The notes under the pieces: model-generated
Seen by the model: only the letters and a program-made list of their open reading frames with translations
Told to the model about the DNA's origin: nothing
Databases searched by the model: none
Part shown: piece by piece, positions 37,826 to 50,763 of the stretch
Layout: each line of letters begins with the position of its first letter
Position numbering within the stretch: position 1 is the first letter of the stretch
Made by a program: the position numbers and the translations under genes
Assembly: GCA_030704615.1 (NCBI GenBank)
Contig: CM060733.1
Span: 36,208,001 to 36,272,000 of the forward strand
DNA: 64,000 nt
Source of the DNA: Takakia lepidozioides
Lineage: Eukaryota; Plantae; Bryophyta
Reading direction: 5' to 3'

Positions 37826-40800
37826 ATGCGAAGCCATGGCTGGGAACTTCCGTACCACCCTCTTCAGGCAAGTCCGTTGCAAGTGACACTTATGTCTTTT
37901 GACTGATGTCATGGGCTCAACTCAAGAGGGTGTAGAGAGACTGCACATGTGGAAATTATGCTGAACATAGAACCTACCCACAGCTCTCTTGGTCGTCCAA
38001 GTGGTTATTAGACTCTCAAGTCTACCTGGTTGCTGATAGGGTGGATTGATGTAATGCCGACGAGGACGGAGAAGGCATTCATGCATTCAGGAGGCAAGAT
38101 TTGTACATCAATGATTTTAGAATCTTTGTTTCTGTTAAGGCACCCGCCATTGCTGTAGAAGCTCTCCTAGTGCCTCTGTGGCAAAGTGACCTCAGATTCC
38201 ATTGAGCGGGCTTTCTTAAACAGGAGGGATTAGTGGGGTGAAGAGGTAAGGTTCCTAGTGATTGGGGAGGCACTGGCACATCCGAGGATGCAGTATTCAC
38301 CTAGCGGTGATATTCATCCGACTGATCAGAAGTGTGCCATCGGAAATTGAGAGCATAGCAACAGGGTGTAGGGGTGACGAATCTTATGCCGTGACAGGAT
38401 TAAGGGGAAGAGTGATTTTGCATGCATTGGTCTTAGTTGTTGTTTTGTGCCCAGCAGACGGTGGCAGTTGCTGTGTTTGCGGCCTTGGCTTTCTCCTTCT
38501 ACGTCTTTTTCATCCCATTTGTGGGTAATAGCGTATTGAAGATTCATGTCATGGCTGCCTTTTCTCCTGTGGTGAGTGATTATTATATGCTTCAACTGTC
38601 TTTTGTGCTTCAAAGGTATATTTTGTATTTACAAGACTTTGAAAAAATTGGCATGCCTAATTCTTGGTGTAGTACCCAGTAATGTCACGCAACTGCCTGT
38701 GAGGCCAGGGCAGCATACACTCATATCTTAAACAGACCAAAAGTGGGTGGATTTGTGGTGCACAGGTAGAGTAAGCAACCATCTACTTTGCAAACTGGCG
38801 AGGTGTTGCTCCACCTCCAATTCAACGTCAATGTGCTTGATTTATCTTCTTGTATTCCCTACCTGCCTGATGAATCCAACTCCGCAGGCATCTTTGTTAC
38901 TCCTAGACATTTCATGCTCTTTGATGTCTCAACCAAAGTATTTCTGGACTAAATAGGATGGGTGTGCATTATGCAGGTTATTTTGGCCTTCACTCTGTAT
39001 GTCAGATGTGCAGCATGCGACCCGGCCGATCCTGGTGTGCACCGGTCCAAGCAGCTTGCCAGGGCCAAGAAGGAAGCAGCATACGAGTCCAAGGTGGTGA
39101 AGATGCCTGTTAAAAATGAAAACAACTCAGACCAGTCCTTTGAGGGATCAGACAGAAGTGCGTCAGCCATTCTAGCAAAGAAGAGTGAGGGGCCAAAAAC
39201 TGGAAAATCTCGCTTCGCTTTGAAGACCTGCATTCCTACACCTGAGCTCCAACACACTACGTGCTGTAGAAGGGAACACGAACCAGGGAGCATCAACCCA
39301 GGAGAGCAATTACTCTACTGCAGCATTTGTGAAGCAGAGGTGAGCACATAAACTACAGCACATATGAAAGAAACTGAGTGTGAGATTGCAACCTCAGGTG
39401 GGTGAGAGGGAGATCTGGAAAAGAGAAGGAGACAGATGTTGTCTGGAGAAATTGACATCTTCTAATGAAATTACTACTGGACATTTGAGCAGATATCAAA
39501 GAACAGCAAGCATTGCAGGGCTTGTGACAAATGTGTCTATGGGTTTGATCACCATTGCCGGGTACACACACACCTACCTTTTGTGCAGCTTTCTGATTGT
39601 TTTCCTTGTGTTGGATGATTACATCTTTTGGAAATATGGACCAAAGTGAGTGAACTTCTGAATTTGCATGTTTAAGAAGTCTGGATATTAAGGAGATTTG
39701 AAGAAGGATTTACAAGGGACAGTAGCTGATGCTTGTCTTTCTATGACTGCAGTGGCTCAACAACTGTGTGGGCAAAAAGAACTACAAAAGCTTTGTGGCA
39801 TTAATGGTTTCGTGCCTTCTTCTGGTATGATTGTGGTTCTTCCTTGAAAGGAATGAGTTTTAAAGGCCAGGTGGCTGGCATTTCTCTTACTAAAATGAGG
39901 GCATGTACGTGCTGCTTTTTACAAGAGATAGGGGGCTCATATGGGATAGGTGTACCAACTTTCGTGTGTCTTTTGCACATTTGAAAGCCTGTTAGGGAAG
40001 AAGGTGAGTGGACAGGACCTCCCTACATCAGCAGCACCAGAGTGTTCAAGTTAAAGTTTTGCTTTATGCATGTCCTAGATTGCAGGTGGTCGTTTTTGCA
40101 AGAAGTGCTTCAGATTCTTATGTAACTGGAAGAGTTGGAGAATAAACTAGTATTACTTGCTGGTGTGCTATGGCAGCTGATTATGCTCTGGGCAACGGGA
40201 ATTGTTGTCATGGTGCGCTGCTTTTCTGAAAAACAAAGTTTTGACAAAGAGATCGCTGGAAGACTTGGCAGCAGCTTCTCTCGAGTGCCCTTCATTGTTG
40301 TGGTGGTATACACGTCTTGCCTTCTTGATCTAATTGGTTCCATCCCTGGCTATGCCTCTGTTACACGCATAAACCTTCCCTGAACTTGTTTTCAGTCCGT
40401 GACATGGGCGAGGACCTTAAGGATGATCTGAAGGGCCTACCTACCCTCAGCACTAGACTGAAATGTAACTCAGGACGGGGAGCGTACCTTTGGACAATAA
40501 ACAGATGCAGAAAGGAAAAGGAGATAGTAATTGCTTGATGTGCAGACAACCTGAAGACAATATCCATTTTATGATACATTGTCCGGAGTATTCTCACCAG
40601 AGAGTGACCCTCTTCAGGAACATCGAGAACATTGTTCCTCCATATAGATTGAAGATCTAGAAGCTTTCGGTATACTGTAGAAAAGTTTCAGTATGAACAG
40701 TGTCTGAAAGAAGTGAGGTGTTTGGGTGGGGCCTTGCAGGTGCTACTCTCACTTCTGGCAATGCTAGCGACGCTACCTCTGATGCAACTCTTCTTCTTCC

Positions 40801-42657
40801 ATCTCATCCTTATCCACAAGGTGCGGCATGCCACTTCTTTTTTAGGCTTCTGCATCCTTTTCAGCTTGTCCTTTCCAAATCCTGGTGAATCCTAGTTTTC
40901 GGACTTGGTGATAACCTTCAGCATTGACTGATCAGATTTCGTTTGGGCAAGGGTCTCCATACTTGATCCTTGGGTTAGCACTGAAGTTGGGTTTAGAAGG
41001 TGTGAAGAAACATTTCTATTTCTCGTCCTCTATGGTGCAATTGTCTTTACCTGCGCAGCAGCTTCAGTGAAGTGTGACTTGGTCGATCACTGCATCCTGA
41101 GTATTGTGCTGGTCATTGAATGGCCATCACGGCAAGATTGATTAGTGCAGCTTGAGAGGAGAAATACCAGGAATAGGCCCCCAGTAGTAAGACAATGCAA
41201 TCCAGTCGATGTAACAGAGCTGGGGCTTGCTTGGGTAACCTGGCTAAGTGACAGTTGGCAGAGGTATTGCCAGTCAAATGTGCGTCTCTCTCATATGCTC
41301 TGGGAAACAGACTGAACCTCAGCAATTTCTCTGTCTTGTCGCATTTGTGCACAGGGCATCAGTACATATGATTACATTGTGGCTGTACGAGAGCAAGAGC
41401 AAGGGGTCAGGGATGGGAATGGATTGAACAGTTTGACCTCATCACCTGCTAGCTCATCTGCAAGTGGTTACAGCTCAGGGGGACCCCTGGCCCTGCACCG
41501 TGGCGTGTTCTGCACACCTCCTCGGATGTTTGTGGATCATCAGCAGGTATGTCCAAAACTCTTTGTCCTCCTCTCAAGAGGCTTTTGGGAATGGCTCGGC
41601 CCAATCTCACGTCTCCCACATGTAACTCAAATGAAGCTGCCATATCAAACTAAGAAGGCAGACTGATTCCTTGGATATTCAGAAGTCACCATCCCCTGCA
41701 ATATCTAAACATTTACTGAGTTATTGTTGCCTGTGAGTGCAGGGCATCTTGACAGTAGGCAGTGACTTGGAAATTGGGGGTGGAAGGGTGGGAAAAGGAA
41801 GGGGAGAAGCACTGCCAAAGCGCCCACCGGTAGGGATCAATCCCTGGAAGCTGGTACGTCTTAGCAGAGAGGACGCCGCAGGAGCAGCAGCTCGTGCACG
41901 AGAAAACTCCTCCATTGTGCTGCCCAGTAGATATACCAGGGGCTCCTCCCAAGTGACAGAGACTGAAGACAGCAGCTTAGATAGCAGCCGCAGTCTAAGT
42001 GGGGAAATCACTGTTGCTGGCAGTCGGCGAGGTTGCAGGAAACATGAAGCTGTATATATTTCTGCAAAGGAGCGGTGGCTGCTCATGAGAGAGCGACGAG
42101 ATAAGAAGCTTTCATCCAATAGAGATAACACACTGGTGGATCAAAATCTCACAGCCGTAGAGCCAGTGGCTCAGGGGCTTGCAGGAGTGATTGCTCCCCT
42201 GCCTCTGGAGGCCCGCGGCACCTTTCGCTGTAGCCCCAGCAGGTACTCAGGTGAATTGCGGGCTTCCTACCCTGGAAGCTCCTATCCTGGTAGCTCTTAC
42301 CCTGAGAGCCAGATAGCATCCCCGGACTTGAGGGGATCTCCAGAGCTTCCGGTGGTCAACCAGGTTGTATTAGCGAATTCCGCATCTGCTTCTTGTGACC
42401 CTGACAAAGTGTTGCTGCGGGGGTCTGCCAGTGATGGATATGAGGCTTCTGGTGGTGAGAGTGGTGATGAACACGGTAACCAATGCCAGCGGCATAGTGA
42501 GGTGTGGAGCAAGCTGAGCTTTAATCCGGCCTTTGTTAACCCTACCGAGAAGGTAGGGTGCTCAGAGGATATTGTTATACCGAGGACAAGTTTGGGCTCC
42601 AGGAGTTCCAGAGCAGATAGCAAGGGCAGCAGTGGAGGTAATATTTTCCAGTCTTAA
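37826..42657 (+). CDS. DHHC protein S-acyltransferase (plant PAT19-22-like), multi-exon
   Basis: Exon 1 MRSHGWELPYHPLQ; TVAVAVFAALAFSFYVFF; YCSICEAE|ISKNSKHCRACDKCVYGFDHHCR|WLNNCVGKKNY (DHHC cysteine-rich domain, ~39490-39560 and ~39752-39824); LFFFHLILIHK|GISTYDYI; PVGINPWKL in the long last exon. Confidence 0.93.
40368..40640 (+). mobile_element. Diverged LINE fragment in a PAT intron
   Basis: Matches the SLNLF...[13 protein letters not shown]...EDNIHF segment of the LINE family. Confidence 0.8.
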
Positions 42658-44097
42658 GTTTAGAACCGTGGTTGCAAGTAACTTTTGGAATTGATGAAAG
42701 GAGGGTGCAGTCATTTCTCTAGGGCTCCACGGCTCAGGGAGAACCCCTGCAGTGAGGTGTTTGGGTATGTGTTTGACATCCTGTGGTTGTATGGGCAGGG
42801 GGCACAGGGTCGAGTGGGTCAAGAGTAGAGGCCAACATTTTGAAGCACATGAAGATGGAGTGGCCTGAGCTTCAAGATCAACTCTCCGTGTCAACTGACA
42901 ACAGCCACAGCTCTTCACCCACACACTACAACTCCCCACAGCGCGATCCATCTGAGTGTCAAGCAGTGCCAGACAATACCTGCCGCATTGAAACCCCTGA
43001 CAGGAAAAGGTCAAGTTCCAAATTGTATGATGGGCCATTTTCATCCTTCACCTTCAAAGCCGCATCAGGGAAGAAAGCATTGGTTTCTACCAAAAAACTG
43101 AAGGAGACCATTCTTGGGATGAAGCGCAGGACGCATTCCGTAAATAACTTAACAGAACTGCCGGAGCCAACTCCTTGAATTGCAAGAGGTTTTCTGGCAA
43201 ATCAAAGTGCTTGGGTCCAAGCAGTCTGGTTGGTGTAAAATCTTCCCACCTTAGCTGCTCCTCTACACTCCTCAGATCGACTGCAGATGAATCAGAGATA
43301 GTATGTCTTCTGATTGCAGAAGGTGAAGTTGAGTGTAGAAGTGCAGCTTGTGTAGAAGATTGCATTGCATTGGGGTTTGCTGTGGAAGATGGTACCCTTA
43401 CCATCTTCAAGGTTTCTTAGCTCTAGTGTACTTCAAAAATTCTAGAAGTTACTCTAATTTATAGCATCCTGGCCTAATTTGCACGGTCAAGCGGAAGGTC
43501 AAGTGGTGTCTCTTTCAAGTCTTTGACTGTACTTGACCTCATCTCAACTTGGGTTCTTACTGTGGAAGAGTTTTCCTTCACCTACAGGGTTTTTATTCAC
43601 CTATGACTAGTGGGCCCCTGTGTTTCATTAAGTTGTCTAAGAACTGCCATTTACATCTATGAGCTTTCCAGTTGCTTAAGGGTTCTTGAACGACTGGGAG
43701 CTTCCTCGGTGGGGCCTGAAAGACTGCTTCTGATCATTTGGTTCATAACATACGAAAACACCAGCCACTGGAACAGTGTGAGTTGATTGATTAACCAAGC
43801 ATGCATCAAGCTAATGCACTGCCAAGAACAGTGCTCACAATTACTGTTCCAGATTTGGCTGGCCAGCCAGAGCACCTAGACAATTGCAATGTATGCACAA
43901 TAAACGTCTGAGGTCAAAGGCCATCCAGTGGCTTCCTGGACTTCAATTGAGAGAGTGTTCCTGTGGCATGGCTTCCTGCATGAAGCAACCGTCTCTGCAT
44001 GCTCTCCTGTGGAATGTGATCAGTGAGGCATCCGGACAACCTGACACTTGTCTGGAAACAAGTTCTGAGAGCCAGACTAGCATGATGGCCCCCACGG

Positions 44098-45449
44098 TTA
44101 CAGCAGCCGAGCTCGTAGGCCGGTAATATTTTGGATAGACTCTGCCATAGGCTTAATCTTGGCATAGAGCACCGGAGGTAAACTTGCCACGAGTGCCTGC
44201 ACGTCTTCTGTCAGCTCTCGCAACCTGTTGATGTCAAGAAATTCCAGTAAGAGTGTCTCCAAACTCAGCTGTTGTCTTTGCGCGTGAGATCAATGCTGTT
44301 AAGTGATAACAAAAAAAACTACAGACTGCCAAGGATATAAACACCACAGGTAATTTGTGTCTCACAATTATAAAGCTTTCATGGGTTGTGGGTCCTCATA
44401 TGTACCATCGTTTGTGGAAGTTGTTGAGATGGGATAGATTGCTGTGTTCAGTGGCCTTCTTGATATCTTCAAATCGTTCCTCAATTCGCCTCTTGAATGT
44501 GTTTGTCTCCCCGACTTGGTTCAAACATTGCTGCAGGCCGACTTACATGCCCACATCCAACTCTTACGAGGTAATCTGAAAGTTTCCCATCAGGTGAGTG
44601 TGCCCGTTATTATCTGCAACTGATAGGCTATGGTGCGCTAAATTGCAGGGGCTTGAAAATATCAGCTCAGGCATGTGTGGAACCATGAAAGAGGGATCGC
44701 TAGCAAGATGTCGGCTGGTGGTCGGGAGGATGCTTACATACAGAAGTGCAACTTGATGAGCAATGTACTTGTGGTTGTGATGCTGTGCCACGTCTTCGTA
44801 AAGCTGACCGCTCATTACCAGTAGTTGGTTCAGAAGGGACATGCAGGCAATGTAATCTCCTGCGCCTTGGCTTAGGTACTGTGAGTATGCTTCCCCGCAC
44901 TCCAACACAAACACGCAAAGCACACCCTTCTCTCTTCCCTCAACGACCTAAAGTCATGCTCAGCTCACAAACTTCCCTTCCCTTCCCTTCCACGTCTGAT
45001 ACGCATGGAGACGCACATCCCTTTGCACCACATGTAGCATATCTCCTAGGTACAACTTCTTGGGCTGGTATGAGTCATTAACAAATGAACCCTTGTTTCG
45101 CACCATTGTTGGGTAATCATGTCTAGGGCCAATTTTAGAAGTGAATTGAAGTACTGCTGAAGGACAAACTTTGGCCAGGGCGTTGAAGAGAATTTCCACA
45201 TGAGGAGGCTGTTATGGTGCATTGAGAATATTCCTTCGCTTGATGACAGAGGTAAGATGTACATCTCAAGCAAGGAAAGAGACACGCACCCATCGGATCG
45301 CCTTTGGATTTTTCATGTTGCTCGTGATGTGAAGTGCGCCCTTGAAGAAGCTCTGTCAGGCGGGGATAGTGTGCGAGGATTCCTGTTTCTTTCAGGACAA
45401 ACTGGAAGAGGGGACGGAGAGCGAGAGAGGTGTCAGGGCAGCAGCCTTC
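44098..45449 (-). CDS. Spliced gene of unknown function; 5' part not identified
   Basis: GT-AG-bounded reading segments LRPLFQFVLKETGIL, YIACMSLLNQLL...HKYIAHQVALLY, QCLNQVGETNTFKRRIEERFEDIK and LRELTEDVQALVASLP...RARLL*. No family recognised. Confidence 0.5.
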
Positions 45450-48400
45450 TTGGCCAACCAAAAATCAAATTAGAGCAAGATTGTCCTTGCAACCATTTTT
45501 AACGTATCAAATTATGCACTTAGCTCGTTGTTCTACATTCAATGTTTCAGATGGTGAGTCCTGAAAGGACACAACTCTTAGACAATGATATCTATGACAT
45601 AGACCTATTGATTGTATCCATAGTCATGACTTTTCACATGTTTTAAAGCAAGCACACGCTCGCTCTCTCTTGGAACATCCGACAACCAGCATGTAGCCCA
45701 GTGGTAATGGGCACATACAGTACCACGTTGGATGTGGTTGTGGGTTTCAAACCATGGTCTGGTGTGTCACGAAGGTGTCCACCTTTCAGTTGGAAGGCAC
45801 TAGCCCTTGTGGTGACGAGACACCATAATTTACGCTCCCTTGGGGAGGCGTCTATATATATATTTTGGAACATCCTCTTCATTATCAATTATAAGTGTCT
45901 CTCTCTAAATTTCTACAATTAATTTCCTTAGCTTGGAAACCATACGCGAAACTGAACTCAAGTGGTCGTACCTCAATAGACCCGCTTGGAGTGATGAGAC
46001 GACACATGCGTGCTATGTCTTCAAAGACACGATCACGGCATACCACGTTTTCTCCTGATTTAGTGATCTGTTTGCCGTCAACACAAGCGATATGTAAATG
46101 TTTCTTCACCTTTGCAATGGATTCATTTTTTCCCCTCCACTTGTTGTCAAAGTGAAAAGTAGTGGATTACACACTTGAGGCATCGGACAGCCATTCCTGC
46201 GGGTTCAAGAGGTTGGCAATATACTGGAATATCTACACGGAGATATATGTTTCCCGAGTCGACGGTCGTAAGCACAAGGAATGCTCACAAAACTAAACTA
46301 TAGAGTCTTCAATCACGCAAGTACTTGACCTTAAACTTATTCATGTGCAGTGGTTAATCTCTTCGTCAGGTGAGCCGTTATTTCAGTGATAGTGATTGAC
46401 GCAACTTAAAAAGATATTGATCGCAGGAAGGGGGGACACAAATATTGCAATTTGCTGATTTATTTGGGAACGGTTGAGAGCTGACTTCCTCAGCCTCAGC
46501 TAGAATGTTGGCATAAGCACTCCAGGCCAACAGTTTCTTCAGATTCGGTAGCTCCCAGATCGGATCGTCCAAATACATTTTGACTGTATTGCAATAACAC
46601 GACGACTGTTAGAGGATTATAATCTCGTTGCATCTCACAGAGCAAGGCTTTGGAGATGAGATTTACAAAAGGACGGTCATTTTGTAATGACTTCCGAACT
46701 ACTGTAACTTGTTGGAAAGGGTTGGCAGGATACGCAAAGGTGAAATGTGACTGCACCTTGTGGACGGGTGTCAAAAAATGTATAATTTGGAGTGAATAAT
46801 GGACCACAGGTTGCGAACACAGAAGGAGCTTCATGCCTTTTCCAATAAGGGGCTCCTGTCCCCGCAAGATTTTGCATCCTTCCACTGAACCTCCTCTTGG
46901 CAATGTCGTCTAAAAGTAGTTGCCCCAAATAAGTCTGTCACAAAGTCACATCAATTCCGTTCTTCGAGGTGACAGCCAAAAAGTGTCATGAGTTTGTTTT
47001 CTTGATAGCTCCTATGGAGTGTTACAAAAGTGTATGTATGCAATGCCTCCCTCGGAGTTTGAGTTTGCTCCAAGTGATTGAGGATCCGTGGGCCTCTGCA
47101 GGCGACTGACTGCAAGAAGGTCATGCTGGCCATCTCCCATTATATTTTGGCTATTTTTATCCCTCCGAATCATCAAAATAACTCCTTGGCCAACACCGTC
47201 TCACAAACGTTTGGTTGTCTGGCCATGATTAATCAGTTCACAATTCTTCGTCTCTCTTTTTCTTCTTCTCTCTTCCCAAGAAGTTAGGGAAGTTACGAGT
47301 GGAAACTGGAAAACCCTTCGTGCCAAGAATTTCAAGGACGAGATGCAACATATTTCGCCGACCAAATGAGTCGATGAGTCGTTGAAGGGTACTTTGTTGT
47401 TTGTATTAAATATAAGAGTTGTCTACCTATTCTAAGCACACAGCATTCATTCGTAAACTACAAGATTCTTTAGAGAGGCCATTTTGAAAGCACGCGAAGC
47501 TAATCATATCACAAATGACATGCGTGGGAGAACAAATGCATGGTACATACGAACCCTACCTCACATGGTTATGAATTGGTTGTGAGATGATTGACATAAT
47601 CTAGGAGTTTAAATGCTAGGTAAGAATTGGTTTGTGGTCTAAATGTTAATTTTGTTCCAGACAAAAAATGTTGTGTAAGTGCAATAATCCATATATAATT
47701 GAGAATTGTAAGTCGTTGAATGTAAGATGGAAATGGTGATGTGTCATGAATGAGCAAAGTGACACATTCATTGTTAGGTTCATGAAGGTTGATATTGATA
47801 TCTCCTATAAAAATTGTTGGACAAAATTCGAGTGTTTTGTCGTATAAAAATTATTATACAAGCAAAATGTCATGAAAGGAAAGTAAATGAGGTTTATATA
47901 CTATAATTACGTGTATTGCTCTACGTGAATTTACATTGAAAGTCGCAGCTATAAATTATGCGCCATCATGTGATTGAATTTTGTAAGAATATAATACAAG
48001 TAATGTTATCGTATAAAATAGTTATACCATGTCCGTTGTAACAAGATATTTTTAAGAAGCAATTATTAGGTGTTTATAACAACCAAATTTGATTGTTTAG
48101 ATGTAATCAAGTTTCACTTAAAGATAATGCATGAGATGTTTGTATATTATAGTCGTTCCAAATGTCACAATAGAGATTGTGCATTGAACAAATATTCATT
48201 GCTTATATCATAGGATGTGTACGATGTATGTGTTATAAATTTGGTGTCGAGAATTCCCATTTACTATTGTTTGTAGTTTGTGTATTTCTTCACGCATGTT
48301 ATCGTCTACGTGGAAATTGTTGTTTTGTATATGTAAGAGGTATAAGTTTTGTCTTTCTTTTATATGTGATAATGTTGTGCATGTTAGTCCGTGTCTATTT

Positions 48401-48595
48401 AAATTTGTCAAGTCAAATGCAAAACAATCCATGGTCAAATTATCCTTGTGCTCTATGTCAAAATACGTACTGCAAGTTGAATTGAGAATTGAGTACGAGT
48501 TATTAGGTGGTTGGGATTATTCGGAAACTGAATTTTTTCTATTTGGCTGCAATTGGGGTCCAAGATTTATATATCCCATTGCTATTTTGATACAA

Positions 48596-48596
48596 G

Positions 48597-48630
<34 letters not shown>
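48596..48630. repeat. Compound (TA)n(TG)n microsatellite
   Basis: Seen directly in the sequence. Confidence 0.9.
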
Positions 48631-50261
48631 ACGTCAACCAAAACTAACGTAAATTAGAGCCTCTTCCCCTGTGGGTACTGCCCCCCTTTCAGAAGTGGGC
48701 TCTATCTGCACCGGATCCTGTCATACAGTGGCTAGCTGGCCACTTTCAATCTTTCGTTCATTGAGGGTTAGGGATGTGAGCGATGTGATAGCCGTGAAGT
48801 GTAATGTTCGCAGGAAATGTATTGTATATTTGAGTGATAGGCTGGGGCTAATATCCTTAAAATCATGGATATTATGAGTATGTGCACCGCCCCTGACACC
48901 CGCGAAGATGACAGTCAGGGGTGTTGTGTTCCAACCGTGTTGATTAGGGCTAGTATGATTGAGTCATATTTTTCATGTTTATACAGGATGGATTGTATAT
49001 CGATCATGGCAAAACACAAACTCCAAAAATTATATCGTGAGGGATGGTATTGGTCCTGGCGGCGGTGATGTGGATACAAGGATACCATGAATTCCCATGG
49101 TCCGTTGGTCGACCTTGAATATAGAAAGGGACCTAGATATTCTGTTTGTTCTGGTGGAAATGGAGTATGGTCCGGTGGTCGACTTTGAAACTTGCCTACA
49201 TTAATGAGGTTGAACCATCTGGATTTCGGATGAGAAAAGAGAATTTTGAGTAGTTGTATGACCCCTTGGTTATGTCTAGTTACGTGAAGTACAACCTTGC
49301 AAACCTACAACAAATGCTCCCTCAACCGTGCTTACTGCCATATGTGTTTGAATCGCCCCTACTACAGCTGTTGGGAAGACACCAATGTTGGTGATCACGA
49401 GCGCACATGGTAGAGTTGCTCGAGACAACGTGACTACGTATTGCAAATTCAAAGAATGCTCCCTCCCCTTACCATCTATCGATCCAAGAAGCTGACTGCG
49501 TGATAATGTGACCTGCCAAAACACGTGGTTTAGTTCTTCCCCTCTGCCATATAATCCAATCTAATCCATCAAGATGCATTGCTTGCTAGGTGCTAAAAGC
49601 CTGACAAAACCGGGCATAGTTTTTCTTGCATCAAGTGCTAAACCCTCAACCATTAGCACTGAAGCTTAGTCCTCTCTTTTCCTACTTGCAAATCTCTCTT
49701 GCTTGACACCTGCATGGGCCCTTGGGTACATTTCTTTTTACGTGCAATTTCGGAAACGGGAAGCCTTTGGTTCTCGGAAAGGACAAAGATTTTAATACGG
49801 ATGAAGTATGGGGTGGTTGCAGTGGAGAAGTAAGTGTGGTCATGTATCTATTTGCGTGGTTTGGGCGGAGCATAACGTGCAATGTTTGTGAGGGTAGAAT
49901 AATGGCCAGATTAAATTACAACGTTTGTTGCACATGTATTGGCCATATCAAAATCTCATTGTTTGTTTGTTTTGTGATCAGTAACCGCAAGGGATGTCCA
50001 AAAATGATTGGAAATACTATGTAGCAGGTGTGGGGACAAGTTCCATTTAGATATATAAGAATTAATGTAGGTGTCGGATGCTTGTATCAGTTGCTTGGTT
50101 TCTCATTGGACATACATATGCAGGTTCCATATAGGACCTGCTATGGCCAGGAATCTAGCCTTAGTTGATATGAGCCAAAAGGGGTATGTGTATGACCAAT
50201 GGACAGGGTTACTAGAGGGGTTGGTGATTGGTTGAATGACACCTACAAATTGAGCCAACTG

Positions 50262-50640
50262 GTCTCACATCTCATTATCTGTGACGTCTATACGGGATCG
50301 AACATTATGTATATGTTGGATTTGCAGCGGTAAAGAGGAGACAACATCCACGATTGTTTTGATAAGTGTAACATCAGGATGGTGGAATATTTGTGAAGAT
50401 GGCTTGCAGATTTGGTTGGTGAGAAGGTAAAGGGAGACCAAGCTGTCCTTGAATAAATAGTAGGTTGTTGTGGGTTGGTGAGAGAGAGATTTTAGGGCAT
50501 CATGTATAGCCACAAGCTCAATCCGTAAGATATTTTGGCGGCCAAGGAGACGGATATATGTTTTAGAATTAGCTCCAACCAAATATATACCCATACCCCG
50601 CTTGGGGCTCTTTTAAGAAGCCTGCTCAGTATATATGCAT
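50262..50640 (-). mobile_element. Decayed RNase H domain of a non-LTR retrotransposon
   Basis: GMGIY...ILRIELVAIHDAL...LFKDSLVSL...HNVRSRIDVTDNEM resembles RNase H1 motifs (RAEL.AI, TDS, KVRAH.G..GNE). Confidence 0.6.
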
Positions 50641-50763
50641 TCTTGTGGTGGAATTTCAAGTTGGGGGTTCTGTGAAATCTGAGAGTCGTATATCAAAGGT
50701 TTGTTGATTCATCGTGGTGGACAGATTCATCCAAGAGGGCCGACTTCAAGCTCCAGATGACCT

